DNA of 64,000 nucleotides. Origin: an uncultured Chloroflexia bacterium (GTDB lineage Bacteria > Chloroflexota > Limnocylindria > Limnocylindrales > CSP1-4). The DNA is taken from assembly GCA_963766735.1 (NCBI GenBank), contig CAVYBU010000017.1, positions 32,001 to 96,000 on the forward strand. The letters are read 5' to 3'. The translations under genes were made by a program, and so were the position numbers. This document shows, piece by piece, positions 30,130-39,457 of the stretch; the first letter of the stretch is position 1, and the number at the start of each line of letters is the position of its first letter. The notes under the pieces were generated by a model, which did no database searches, was not told where the DNA came from, and saw only the letters and a list, made by a program, of their open reading frames with translations.

Positions 30130-31686
30130 ATGGAGCTCACCTTCCTCGGCGGCGCGCGCACGGTCACCGGCTCGCGCCATCTCGTGGACACGGGCCGCGC
30201 CCGCGTCCTCATCGACTGCGGCATGTTCCAGGGCGGGCCGGCGGAGGGCATGCGCAACCGCGTGCCGCTCGGCGTTGACCCGGCGACGCTCGACGCCGTC
30301 GTCCTGACGCACGCCCACCTGGACCACTGCGGCCTGCTGCCGCTGCTGGTGCGCGAGGGGTTCCGCGGCTCGATCATCTGCACGGCGGCGACGGCCGAGC
30401 TGGCCCGCCTCGTGCTGCTGGACTCCGCGAAGCTGCAGACCGAGTTCGCGAAGCGGGATGCTCGCCGCGAGCGGAGGAACCCGGAACGGGCGGCCGCCGA
30501 CGACGCCCGTGACGAGCGGCTGTTCGATGAGGCGGTCGAGCTGGCCGCGGCGGGCGCCGAGAGTCCCGGTGGCCCGGACCCGGAGGACCTGCTGCGGGCG
30601 GCGGGCCCGGACGTGAACCTTGACCTGGACGCGCCGCTGTACACGGTGGACGACGCCGAGGCGACGCTGCCGCGGTTCGGGGCGATCCCGTACGACGCCG
30701 AGCGCGAGGTTGCGGCGGGGGTGTGGGTCACGCTCCTCGATGCCGGGCACATCCTGGGCTCCTCCATCGTGCGGATGCGGCTGACTGCTGTCGGCGGCGG
30801 GCGCGACACGGTCATCGTCTTCTCCGGTGACCTGGGCCGGCCGGGGACGCCGATCCTGCGGGACCCCACCTCGGTCGCGGAGGCCGACGTCGTCGTCTGC
30901 GAGTCCACCTATGGCGGGCGCGAGCACGAGGCGGCCGACGAGGCGGTCGAGACGCTGGCGAGCGTGGTGCGGGACGTGGTCCGGCGGCGAGGCGTCCTGT
31001 TGATCCCGTCGTTCGCCATTGGTCGGACCCAGGAGATCGTCTGGGAGCTGGACCGGCTGGTGGACAGCGGGCGGATTCCCCAGCTGCCGCTGTACCTGGA
31101 CTCGCCGATGGCGAGCCGCGCCTCCGACATCTATCGCGCCCACCCGGACGCCTATGACGAGGAGACGGCCGCCCTGCTCGCCGCGCACGAATCGCCCCTG
31201 GACTACCCGGACCAGCACGTGGTCCAGACAGCGCAGGAGTCGGCGCGCATCGCACGGGCGACAGCGCCGTACGTGATCGTCGCGTCCAACGGGATGCTCA
31301 CGGGCGGGCGATCGGTGGGGCACGCCGAGCGGATGCTCGACGATCCGTCGGCCACGGTCCTGTTCGTGGGCTACCAGGGCGAGGGCACGCTTGGCGGCCA
31401 CCTGATGCGCGGCGCAGAGAAGGCCCGGATCAATGGCCGCGAGATGCCGGTGCGGGCGACGATCCGGTCCCTGGACGGGTTCTCGGCCCACGCGGACGAG
31501 CCAGAGCTGCTGGCCTGGCTGGGCGGGTTCATCAAGGGCCGGCGGCCGGGCGATCCGGGGGTGCCGTCCCGCGTCTACCTCGTGCACGGAGACCCGCCCG
31601 CCCAGGCTGCGCTCACCCCACGGGTGGAGGCCCTCGGCCTGCCCGTGGAGGTGCCGGCCTGGCACCAGACGGTGCCGCTGGGCTGA
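30130..31686 (+). CDS. MBL-fold beta-CASP ribonuclease
   Basis: FLGGARTVTGS, THAHLDHCG, AGHILGS, FSGDLG, ESTYG, PSFAIGRTQE, GFSAHAD, VHGD. Confidence 0.92.
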   Translation: MELTFLGGARTVTGSRHLVDTGRARVLIDCGMFQGGPAEGMRNRVPLGVDPATLDAVVLTHAHLDHCGLLPLLVREGFRGSIICTAATAELARLVLLDSAKLQTEFAKRDARRERRNPERAAADDARDERLFDEAVELAAAGAESPGGPDPEDLLRAAGPDVNLDLDAPLYTVDDAEATLPRFGAIPYDAEREVAAGVWVTLLDAGHILGSSIVRMRLTAVGGGRDTVIVFSGDLGRPGTPILRDPTSVAEADVVVCESTYGGREHEAADEAVETLASVVRDVVRRRGVLLIPSFAIGRTQEIVWELDRLVDSGRIPQLPLYLDSPMASRASDIYRAHPDAYDEETAALLAAHESPLDYPDQHVVQTAQESARIARATAPYVIVASNGMLTGGRSVGHAERMLDDPSATVLFVGYQGEGTLGGHLMRGAEKARINGREMPVRATIRSLDGFSAHADEPELLAWLGGFIKGRRPGDPGVPSRVYLVHGDPPAQAALTPRVEALGLPVEVPAWHQTVPLG

Positions 31687-31866
31687 GGGTCTCGCGCATC
31701 AGGCGTGGCGCACAGGACAGCGGACGGGCACGACCCGGCTCGCGCCTGCTCGATCGCGCTGACCGCGTGCCGATCCCGAGCCGAGACGGCTGACCCTCGG
31801 TCCGGCCACAGCGTCACCGGCCCGTCCTCCGCTACGATCCGCTGACTTCGAAGGAGGTCCACGTCC

Positions 31867-33141
31867 TTGGCCGTCGTCCCGCCTGCCGCACAGCCCATCA
31901 CGCGCCCGCCCGCCCCCATTGCGCCCGAGGAGATCGCACGGATCCGCGCGCCGTTCCGCGCTGCCTCCCTGCTGCCCGCCCGCGCCTACCACGACCAGGC
32001 GCTGTACGACTGGGAGCGGGAGGAGATCTTCCTTCGCGACTGGATCGCCGTCGGGCGCGCCGAGGAGGTTCCGGAGCCCACGTCGTTCGTCCTGCGCGAG
32101 GTGTCCGGCGAGAACGTGATCATCGTGCGCGGCCGCGACGGCGTCATCCGCGCCTTCTACAACGTGTGCCGGCACCGGGGCACCGCGGTGGAGGAGCGCG
32201 AGTGCGGCAAGGCAGTCCGCTTCCAGTGCCCGTACCACGCCTGGATCTACGACCTCGAGGGTCGGCTCGTCCGGGCCAGGCACACCGAGGACCTCGAGGA
32301 TTTCAGCTTCGAGACGTTCGGCCTGACCCCCATCCGCTGCGAGACGTGGCAGGGCTTCGTGTTCCTGTGCTTCGCGGACGAGGCCGTGACACCGCCGCTC
32401 CGCGAGTACATGGGCGACTGGTTCGAGCACCATGCGTCCTTCGGACGCGAGATGTCCACGCTCCGCCGGGCGGCGCGCCTGACCTACGACGTCGCCGCCA
32501 ACTGGAAGATCGTCGCCGAGAACTACAGCGAGTGCTACCACTGCCCGCCGGTCCACAAGCTGCTCAACCGCCTGACGCCCTACGACCTGGGCGAGGACTT
32601 CCTCGCCGAGGGACCGTGGAAGGGCGGCTGGATGCCGTTCGCCGACGGCTGCGAGACGATGTCGATCAGCGGCACCCGCGACGGCCGGCCCCTGCTCTAC
32701 GCCCGCGACAAGGCGGAGGAGGCGCGGATCTACTACTACATCCTCTGGCCCAACCTGATCGTGTCGGTCCACCCCGACTACGTGCTCACCCACCAGGCCT
32801 GGCCGGACGGACCCAACCGATCGACCGTCCACTGCGACCTGTACGTGGAGTCGGACACGGCCGAGACGATCGACATCTCGGGTGCCGTCGAGTTCTGGGA
32901 CATCACGAACCGCGAGGACTACCACGTGGTGGAGATGCAGCAGCAGGGGACCCGGAGCCGCTCCTGGACCGCCGGCCGCTATACCAACCAGGAGGCCTCG
33001 GTGCACGCGTTCGACATCATGGTCGCGGACCGGTACGCGAACGACGGCACGCGGACGGTCCGTGGCTGGCGCACCGAGACGGCGAGCGATCGGCGGCTGG
33101 TGACACAGATCCTGGGACCGGGTCAGCAGCAGGGGGACTGA
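31867..33141 (+). CDS. Rieske oxygenase alpha subunit (choline/glycine-betaine/stachydrine oxygenase-like)
   Basis: NVCRHRG...CPYHAW (Rieske), NWKIVAENYSECYHCPPVH (mononuclear Fe), AGGAGG RBS with TTG start. Confidence 0.9.
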   Translation: MAVVPPAAQPITRPPAPIAPEEIARIRAPFRAASLLPARAYHDQALYDWEREEIFLRDWIAVGRAEEVPEPTSFVLREVSGENVIIVRGRDGVIRAFYNVCRHRGTAVEERECGKAVRFQCPYHAWIYDLEGRLVRARHTEDLEDFSFETFGLTPIRCETWQGFVFLCFADEAVTPPLREYMGDWFEHHASFGREMSTLRRAARLTYDVAANWKIVAENYSECYHCPPVHKLLNRLTPYDLGEDFLAEGPWKGGWMPFADGCETMSISGTRDGRPLLYARDKAEEARIYYYILWPNLIVSVHPDYVLTHQAWPDGPNRSTVHCDLYVESDTAETIDISGAVEFWDITNREDYHVVEMQQQGTRSRSWTAGRYTNQEASVHAFDIMVADRYANDGTRTVRGWRTETASDRRLVTQILGPGQQQGD

Positions 33142-33248
33142 CCCGCCGTACCGTCCGGTCGAACCCGCCGCCCTCGTCTTGGCCGGGGATGGGATGATGC
33201 GTGGGCCGGGCATGTGACCGATGCCGGCGGTCCGGGAGGAGTGACGAG

Positions 33249-33566
33249 ATGAAGCTGCTGGTGGCGTTCGTTCAGGAAGGCGACGCGGACAGGGTGGGCG
33301 AGGCCCTCCGCCGGGAAGGTCACCGGTTCACGCGGATCACCTCGACGGGTGGCTTCCTCCAGACGCCCAACGTCACCCTGGTCATGGCGGTCGGCGAGGA
33401 GGTGCTCCCCGAGGTCGTCAACCTGTATCGGGCCAACTGCTCCATCCGCGACGTGGAGGTGCCCCTCGTGCTGTCGGGAAGCCTCCGGGAATGGCAGGAG
33501 AGGGTTGTGAACTACGCCGGCGCGACAATCCTGGTCGTGGACCTGGAGGACCTCATCCGCCTGTAG
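33249..33566 (+). CDS. PII-like cyclic-di-AMP receptor (DarA/PstA family)
   Basis: MKLLVAFVQEGD, STGGFL..NVTL, C-terminal GATILVVD. Confidence 0.8.
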   Translation: MKLLVAFVQEGDADRVGEALRREGHRFTRITSTGGFLQTPNVTLVMAVGEEVLPEVVNLYRANCSIRDVEVPLVLSGSLREWQERVVNYAGATILVVDLEDLIRL

Positions 33567-33622
33567 GAGCCCTCGGGTGGGCTGACCACTTGCCCGCTGG
33601 ACGGTCGCGGTATCGTCACGCA

Positions 33623-34510
33623 ATGAACGAGCTGCCGCCCCCCGTCTCACTCGCTCGCCCGCTGGTCGCCGACGGCGCCATGGGAACGATCCTGTTCACG
33701 CACGGCATGCCGGTCGGCGAGGCGCCGGAAGCCTGGCTGCTGACGCCAGAGGGATCCCGCGCTATCACCGAGGTCCACCGCGCCCACGTTGCCGCCGGTG
33801 CGCAGCTGGTCCTGACCTCGACGTTCGGTGCGAATCGTCTGCGCCTGGAGGAGTCGGAGATCGCCGGCCGCACGGTTGACGTCTGCCGGGCCGCGATCGA
33901 CGCAGCCCGGGCGGGCGTCGGAGCGGACACGATCATCGCGGCCTCGATGGGGCCGACCGGCGGACTCCTCGTGCCGTACGGCCTCCTGGACCCGGGCGCC
34001 GTCCGTGCCGCCTATGCGGAGCAGGCGGCAGCGGTCGCCGAGGCGGGTGCGGCCGTCCTGTGGATCGAGACGATGATGGACCTGGGAGAGGCGGCCGCGG
34101 CCGTCGACGGCGCGAGGGAGGGGGCCCCCGGGCTGCCGGTCGTGGCGACCATGACCTTCGCCCCGAACGGGAGGACGATGTTCGGGAACTGGCCGGATGC
34201 GGTGGCTGCAACGCTGGCCGAGCACGGGGCCGCGGGGATCGGGGCGAACTGCGGTGACGGCTTTGCGCCCGTCGAGCAGGTGATGGCTGCCATGGCGGCT
34301 GCGGCGCCCGGTCTCCATCTCGTCGCCAAGGCGAATGCCGGCATCCCGACCGTGACGGCCGACGGCGACACGCAGTACCCGGCCACGCCCGCCGATGCGG
34401 CCGGCTATGCGCGCCGGGCCGCCGACGCGGGGGCCACGATCATCGGCGGCTGCTGCGGCACGCAGCCGGCACACGTGGCGGCGATCGCGGAGGCGCTTGC
34501 CGCGCGCTGA
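33623..34510 (+). CDS. Homocysteine S-methyltransferase family protein
   Basis: DGAMGT, TFGANR, SMGPTG, IETM, GANC, ANAGIP, IIGGCCGT (Zn ligands). Confidence 0.9.
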   Translation: MNELPPPVSLARPLVADGAMGTILFTHGMPVGEAPEAWLLTPEGSRAITEVHRAHVAAGAQLVLTSTFGANRLRLEESEIAGRTVDVCRAAIDAARAGVGADTIIAASMGPTGGLLVPYGLLDPGAVRAAYAEQAAAVAEAGAAVLWIETMMDLGEAAAAVDGAREGAPGLPVVATMTFAPNGRTMFGNWPDAVAATLAEHGAAGIGANCGDGFAPVEQVMAAMAAAAPGLHLVAKANAGIPTVTADGDTQYPATPADAAGYARRAADAGATIIGGCCGTQPAHVAAIAEALAAR

Positions 34511-34567
34511 TCGGCGCGCTGATCGTCTCAGGCTTCCCTCGCAGCCCGGCCCACCGGGCGCCGTGCG

Positions 34568-35467
34568 CTACGGCCGCGGCTTCGTCCGTGCCGCGATCCG
34601 TTCCAGCGCGCCGGACCAGCCCGGGTCGAACGCGCGACCAGCCTCGTCCAGGTCCATCACGACCGGCGCATGGTCGGATGGCGTCGGCGGCCCCTTTCGG
34701 GCCTCGCGGTCGATCTCGGCCCAGACAACCCGCGCGACGACCGGCGCCGAGGAGTACAGCAGGTCGATCCGCATCCCCTCGTTGCGGTGGAACATCCCGG
34801 CCCGGTAGTCCCACCACGAGAAGCGGCCCCGGGCCGGCTGCACGGCCCGGTAGGCGTCCGCCAGGCCCCAGTCACGGAGCCGGGCAAGCGCCTCCCGCTC
34901 GGGCTCGGAAACGTGCGTGCCGCCGTGCGCCCGGGCCGGGCTCCAGACGTCCTCGTCCGACGGGGTCACGTTGAAGTCGCCGCCCAGGACCAGGGGCTCC
35001 TCGGCCGAGCGGGTCTCGGCCAGCCAGCGCGAGAGCCGCTCGAACCAGCGCAGCTTGCCCTCGTAGAACGGCGAGCCCACCTCCCGGCCGTTGGGCGCGT
35101 ACAGGCTGGCGACCCGCACCCCGCCGCAGACCGCGGAGACCATGCGTGCCTCGTCGAACGGGTTGAAGTCGTCCTCGCCCGCGGCCACCGCGGCCCCGGC
35201 GGACGAGTCCCGCACCGGTCCGTCGCCGAAGTTGGTGACCACGTCCTCGATCCCGACCCGGCTCAGGATCGCCACGCCGTTCCAGCGACCCTCGCCATGG
35301 TGGGCCACCTCGTAGCCGAGCATCCGGAGCGGCATGATCGGCGCGTCGGCGTCGGCGAGCTTGGTCTCCTGGATCAGGAGGACGTCCGGCTCGGCCTTCG
35401 CAAGCCAGTTCTCGACGGCAACCTGCCGCGCCTTGAGAGAGTTGACGTTCCAGGTGGCGATGCGCAT
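34568..35467 (-). CDS. xth: Exodeoxyribonuclease III
   Basis: MRIATWNVNS, QETK, YAPNG, GGDFN, SWWDYR, RID, SDHAP. Confidence 0.95.
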   Translation of the reverse strand: MRIATWNVNSLKARQVAVENWLAKAEPDVLLIQETKLADADAPIMPLRMLGYEVAHHGEGRWNGVAILSRVGIEDVVTNFGDGPVRDSSAGAAVAAGEDDFNPFDEARMVSAVCGGVRVASLYAPNGREVGSPFYEGKLRWFERLSRWLAETRSAEEPLVLGGDFNVTPSDEDVWSPARAHGGTHVSEPEREALARLRDWGLADAYRAVQPARGRFSWWDYRAGMFHRNEGMRIDLLYSSAPVVARVVWAEIDREARKGPPTPSDHAPVVMDLDEAGRAFDPGWSGALERIAARTKPRP

Positions 35468-35492
35468 TGTCGAGGGCTCCGCGAGCGGGGAC

Positions 35493-36197
35493 TCAGTACC
35501 GGCGGCCGCGCTGGCGCGCGAGGTCGAACGTCGCCGTGTCGGCGACGGACATGACCGCCATCGTGCCGGCCTGGACCGGGTCGCTGACCACGAGGTCCAC
35601 GTGATTGGTGATGGAGCCGGCCATGCTGAGCGCGATGATCGGGATGCCGACCGAGCGCAGCTCGTCCGCCGCCTTGCTGATCTCACCGCCCATGATCGAT
35701 CCCGCGAGGACCAGCATCCGGGCGCGGGGCAGGTCTGCCACGGCACGCACGGCCGCCGCGATGTTGTCCTCGCCGACCAGGGGGATGGTGTCCACGGAGA
35801 TCTTCTCGCCACGGAGGTTGTGGCGGTCCGCCTCGGTCACGGCGCCCAGCGCCACCTGCGCCACCTGCGCCCCGCCGCCCACGACGATGACCCGCTTGCC
35901 GAACACCTTGCCCAGCGGCCGGGTCATCCGGAGGGTCAGGACCGGCGCCAGCGGCTCGAGCGCAGCAACCAGGGCCTCCTCGTCGGCGCCCTCGACCTCG
36001 AGCTCAACCTCGACCGTGGCCGGCGCCTGGGGCGCCGCGCCGGACCTGCCCGCCCTGCGAACCGTCGAGAGCGTGCGCACGCGCCCACCCACCTCTGCCA
36101 CGGCGCCCGCGATCACGGCGATCGCGCCCCGGTCGTCGGCCAGCTCCAGGCGGACGGCGACCGCGGGCGGTAGCGGCTGCGGGTGGCGCCCGGGCAC
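35493..36197 (-). CDS. ACT domain + DUF5612 protein (archaeal AF1403-like)
   Basis: N-terminal ACT-like DDRGAI; C-terminal FGKRVIVVGGGAQVAQVALGAVTEADRHNLRGEKISVDTIPLVGE...LAGSIMGG...MAGS...DPVQAGTMAVM, recalled as an archaeal family signature. Confidence 0.8.
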   Translation of the reverse strand: MPGRHPQPLPPAVAVRLELADDRGAIAVIAGAVAEVGGRVRTLSTVRRAGRSGAAPQAPATVEVELEVEGADEEALVAALEPLAPVLTLRMTRPLGKVFGKRVIVVGGGAQVAQVALGAVTEADRHNLRGEKISVDTIPLVGEDNIAAAVRAVADLPRARMLVLAGSIMGGEISKAADELRSVGIPIIALSMAGSITNHVDLVVSDPVQAGTMAVMSVADTATFDLARQRGRRY

Positions 36198-36200
36198 CGG

Positions 36201-36470
36201 TCAGCTCGACCGGCCGGCGACGACGTCGCTGATGGACAGGCCGGTGGGCTCGGCGCCGGTGGGATCATGCTCCTCGAACGTGATGCCGAGGGACAGGAAC
36301 GCCTCGCGGGTGGCCGCGGCGTCGCTGGTCGTGAGCATGAGGGCACCATCGGTGTCCTCGGCCACGCCCACGATGCCGGTGATGTTGACGCCGCGGTCGG
36401 CAAGCGCCTGCGCGACACGCGCGAGGGCGCCGGGGCGGTCGTCGAGCTGTACGGTGAACCAGATCGTCAC
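36201..36470 (-). CDS. Stand-alone ACT domain protein
   Basis: AGGAGG RBS, GTG start; LDDRPGALARVAQALADRGVNI. Confidence 0.85.
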   Translation of the reverse strand: MTIWFTVQLDDRPGALARVAQALADRGVNITGIVGVAEDTDGALMLTTSDAAATREAFLSLGITFEEHDPTGAEPTGLSISDVVAGRSS

Positions 36471-36525
36471 GCGGAACCTCCTGACCACCCATGGTACGCG
36501 GCGTGCGCGTTACCCTGCGCATTCC

Positions 36526-37005
36526 ATGGTCAAGCGACACTCGGCGAGCTTCTACCGCCTCATCGGCACCATCGGGACCAGCCGGCTGGTCACGCGTGTC
36601 CACCCGGTGGCCTACCGGCTGACCGGTGGCCGCTGGTTCGTCGGGCGGAACCTCGGCGTGCTCAACGTGATCGTCGTGACCGTCGGCCGGCATAGCGGCA
36701 GGACCCGCGAGATCCCGCTGTATGCCTTCGAGGACGATGATCGCCTGGTGGTGATCGGGTCGAACATGGGCCAGGACCGCGAGCCCGCGTGGGTGGGCAA
36801 CCTGCGGGCGCAGCCGGAGGTCCGCGTTCGCGTCGGGCGCACGGTTCGGGCGGTCCGCGCCCGCGAGGCGGCCGACGAGGAGCGCGAGCGACTGTGGACG
36901 CTTGCGGCCGCCGGGTATCCCGGCTACGAGGACTACGCGCGGTGGACGCACCGGCAGATACCGGTCATGGTCCTCGAGCCGCGCGACGCGGAGGAGGCCG
37001 CCTGA
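36526..37005 (+). CDS. Deazaflavin (F420)-dependent nitroreductase family (Ddn-like)
   Basis: TVGRHSGRTREIPL, VIGSNMG...PAWVGNLRAQP, YPGYEDY...RQIPVMVLEP. Confidence 0.88.
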   Translation: MVKRHSASFYRLIGTIGTSRLVTRVHPVAYRLTGGRWFVGRNLGVLNVIVVTVGRHSGRTREIPLYAFEDDDRLVVIGSNMGQDREPAWVGNLRAQPEVRVRVGRTVRAVRAREAADEERERLWTLAAAGYPGYEDYARWTHRQIPVMVLEPRDAEEAA

Positions 37006-37397
37006 TGCCAGCGCCGCTGGGGAAGGTTGTCACGAAGAAGATGCCGAACATCCAGGTGTTCGGGATGGAGGACAACCAGGCGACGCGCGGCGCGCTGCGG
37101 TTCTTCCGGGAGCGGCGGATCGTGGTGCACTTCGTGGACCTGCGCAAGAAGCCGATCGCCGCCGGCGAGATCCGCCGGTTCACGGACCGCCTGGGCGCGG
37201 CCGCGCTGCTGGATACCGAGAGCCGGCCGTATCGAGAAGGCGGCCTGGCGTACCTCACGACGGACGCTGCCGGGATCACCGCGCGGCTGCTGGCGGACGC
37301 CCGGCTGCTGAAGCTGCCGCTGGTCCGCTACGGCGACCTCGTCACCGCCGGCAAGGACGAGGCCGCCTGGAGGGCATGGCTGGCGAAGCCGCGGTAG
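37005..37397 (+). CDS. ArsC/Spx-family protein lacking cysteine
   Basis: IQVFG...ALRFFRERRI..HFVDL.KKP...LLKLPLVR. ATG overlaps the previous stop. Confidence 0.75.
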   Translation: MPAPLGKVVTKKMPNIQVFGMEDNQATRGALRFFRERRIVVHFVDLRKKPIAAGEIRRFTDRLGAAALLDTESRPYREGGLAYLTTDAAGITARLLADARLLKLPLVRYGDLVTAGKDEAAWRAWLAKPR

Positions 37398-37438
37398 GCC
37401 CGGCGCTGCACGTCGCCCGACCCGTTGGCCGCGGTGAC

Positions 37439-39256
37439 CTAGCTGCGGGTCGACGGGTCGAGGACCCTGCCCATGAACAGGATCGCGTTGGTCTTCACGT
37501 CCCTGAGGATGAACAGGAATGGCCGGTTCAGGCGGAGGGTGATGGTCTTGAGCGGCTGCGCGGGGCCGCAACCTCCGGTGGTGTCCATCTCGACCACCGT
37601 CGCGGCGGCGGCTTCCGTCCCCTTCTCGTCGACATCGATGTTCGCCTGGTGGATCACGGCCGAGATGAACAGCGAGTCCGGCGTGATGCCCGAGAAGTCG
37701 GCCGCGCCGGGGTTGAAGGCGGCCATCATGCCCAGCTTCTTCAGGACCGGGACCAGCTCGGCCCTGGTGTCGATGCCGAAGCGCGGCATGAACAACCGCA
37801 CCGAGTAGGCGAAGAACGGGCAGGCCATGTAGTCGTCGACTTGGCGATCCTCGGTCTCGGCGATCCGTTGCCGCTGGCCATCGAGCTTCGTGACGATCGA
37901 GGCCAGCTTCGCGGTCGTCAGCCCCTTCTCGAAGGCGTCGATGTCGTCCGGGAGGATGAGCGTCATCGCGAGAGGCGTCGAGCCGTCCGCGCCCAGGTAC
38001 CGGAGCTCGGTCGCCTTCCAGCCGGAGCCGCTCGCGTAGGGCACCTCCTGCCCGCCCAGGAGCGACATGGTCGGGACCTGGATCTTCGTGCCGCCGGCGC
38101 GGGTGAAGGCCCGGTCCGCCGTGCTCTCCTTGTCGAACTCCAGCATCCAGTTCGCCTTGAGGTAGACGGCGTTGACGAGGGCGAGGCGGGTATCGACCGT
38201 CACCTCGTTCGGGCGGAGCAGCTCCGGGATTCGTTTCGCCGTCTGGCGGCTGACCCACTCGTTGATGACCTTCCGGGCCGCCTCCGGGTCCGCCTCGAAG
38301 TCGACGAGCCCCAGCTGCGCCCCGAACGCCTCGGCGATCGCGTCGAGGAAGCCCTGCTCGATGGGGTAGCCCCGCTGCCCGAAGGCCGTGTTGGCGATCC
38401 GCAGCGACAGGGCGTGGGTGTTCTTCTCGTAGTCGGTCCAGGTCGCGTTGTATCCCGCAAGCTCCTGGTCCAGCGCGTTGAGCCGCGTCGCCAGCTGCTT
38501 CCAGCCATCGGAGCGCAGGACGTCGTCCATCTCGCTCGCGGTGGTGCCTCGCGCGCCGCCCCGCGCCATCGCGAGCGCGAGCGCGATGCTCGTCGGCGAG
38601 AACACGATGTTCTTGCCGGCCAGCTCGAGACCCGGTTCGGTTCGCATCCGCTTGTACAGGTCGACCGCGAACGCGTTGATGGAGGTCGCGGCCCGCTTCG
38701 CGTCGGCAGTGCTCCCGGCGGAGCGGGCGACCGTCGCCTTGGCGAACTCGATGCCCGCGAGAGGATCCGCGGCGCGCGCGACCCACGGCGTGCCGTCATG
38801 GTCGGCGGCGGCAACCCAGCCTTCGGTGACCCCGCCGCTCAGCGTGAGCGAGACCGGCGCGACGCGGTACCAGTCAAAGCCGGAGGCCTGCACGGGCCCC
38901 TCGATCACGGTTAGCTCGGTCCCGGTCGGCAGGAGCGGTTCGTACTTGGCGGAGTCGTCGGCCACGCGCGGCTCCGAGCGCACCCGGAGGCGATCGGACA
39001 CGGTCACGGCCATGGATCCCGGGGCCAGGTTCCCGGGCGTGACGCTTGGCGCGGGGGTGGCCGCAGCGGACGGGATTGCGGCAGGCGTCGACCCGGCTGA
39101 CGCAGATGGGGCGGTGGTGGCGGGCATCGCCGTCGCCGCGACCCCGGCTCCAGAGGGCGCGGCACCTCCCTCGCAGGCGCCCACGAGCAGGACCGCGAGC
39201 AGGATCGTGGCGAGGATCCGGACCGGGGGGCGCCGCTTCGGTGAGACCTGGAGCAT
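37439..39256 (-). CDS. Serpin lipoprotein with N-terminal SH3-like domain
   Basis: Lipobox LVGAC; LRVRSEP...GPVQASGFDWYRV...EGWVA (SH3b-like); NIVFSPTSI, INEWVSRQT..RIPELL, LVNAVYLKANW...F, VDEKGTEAAAAT, NRPFLF, LFMGRVLDP. Confidence 0.9.
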   Translation of the reverse strand: MLQVSPKRRPPVRILATILLAVLLVGACEGGAAPSGAGVAATAMPATTAPSASAGSTPAAIPSAAATPAPSVTPGNLAPGSMAVTVSDRLRVRSEPRVADDSAKYEPLLPTGTELTVIEGPVQASGFDWYRVAPVSLTLSGGVTEGWVAAADHDGTPWVARAADPLAGIEFAKATVARSAGSTADAKRAATSINAFAVDLYKRMRTEPGLELAGKNIVFSPTSIALALAMARGGARGTTASEMDDVLRSDGWKQLATRLNALDQELAGYNATWTDYEKNTHALSLRIANTAFGQRGYPIEQGFLDAIAEAFGAQLGLVDFEADPEAARKVINEWVSRQTAKRIPELLRPNEVTVDTRLALVNAVYLKANWMLEFDKESTADRAFTRAGGTKIQVPTMSLLGGQEVPYASGSGWKATELRYLGADGSTPLAMTLILPDDIDAFEKGLTTAKLASIVTKLDGQRQRIAETEDRQVDDYMACPFFAYSVRLFMPRFGIDTRAELVPVLKKLGMMAAFNPGAADFSGITPDSLFISAVIHQANIDVDEKGTEAAAATVVEMDTTGGCGPAQPLKTITLRLNRPFLFILRDVKTNAILFMGRVLDPSTRS

Positions 39257-39345
39257 CGTGGTCACCTGCGCCGTGAGCGGCCGCGGGCGACGGGGCTCGG
39301 CGTGACCGGCGGCCGGCGGTCCGCGCATCCTTGTCCAAGCCGTGT

Positions 39346-39372
39346 GACGCTCGCGGATGCGCCCGCGTTACA
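39346..39372 (-). promoter_or_regulatory. Possible ECF-sigma promoter (TGTAAC-N17-CGTC) upstream of the serpin
   Basis: Minus strand reads tgtaac gcgggcgcatccgcgag cgtc. Confidence 0.35.
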
Positions 39373-39457
39373 GGTGGCGCCCGTCACAGGCGCCTGTTCC
39401 GTTCCGCCGCCCCAGGACCGCGCGCCCCAACCCGTGGAGTGGCATCCTGTGCGTCTC

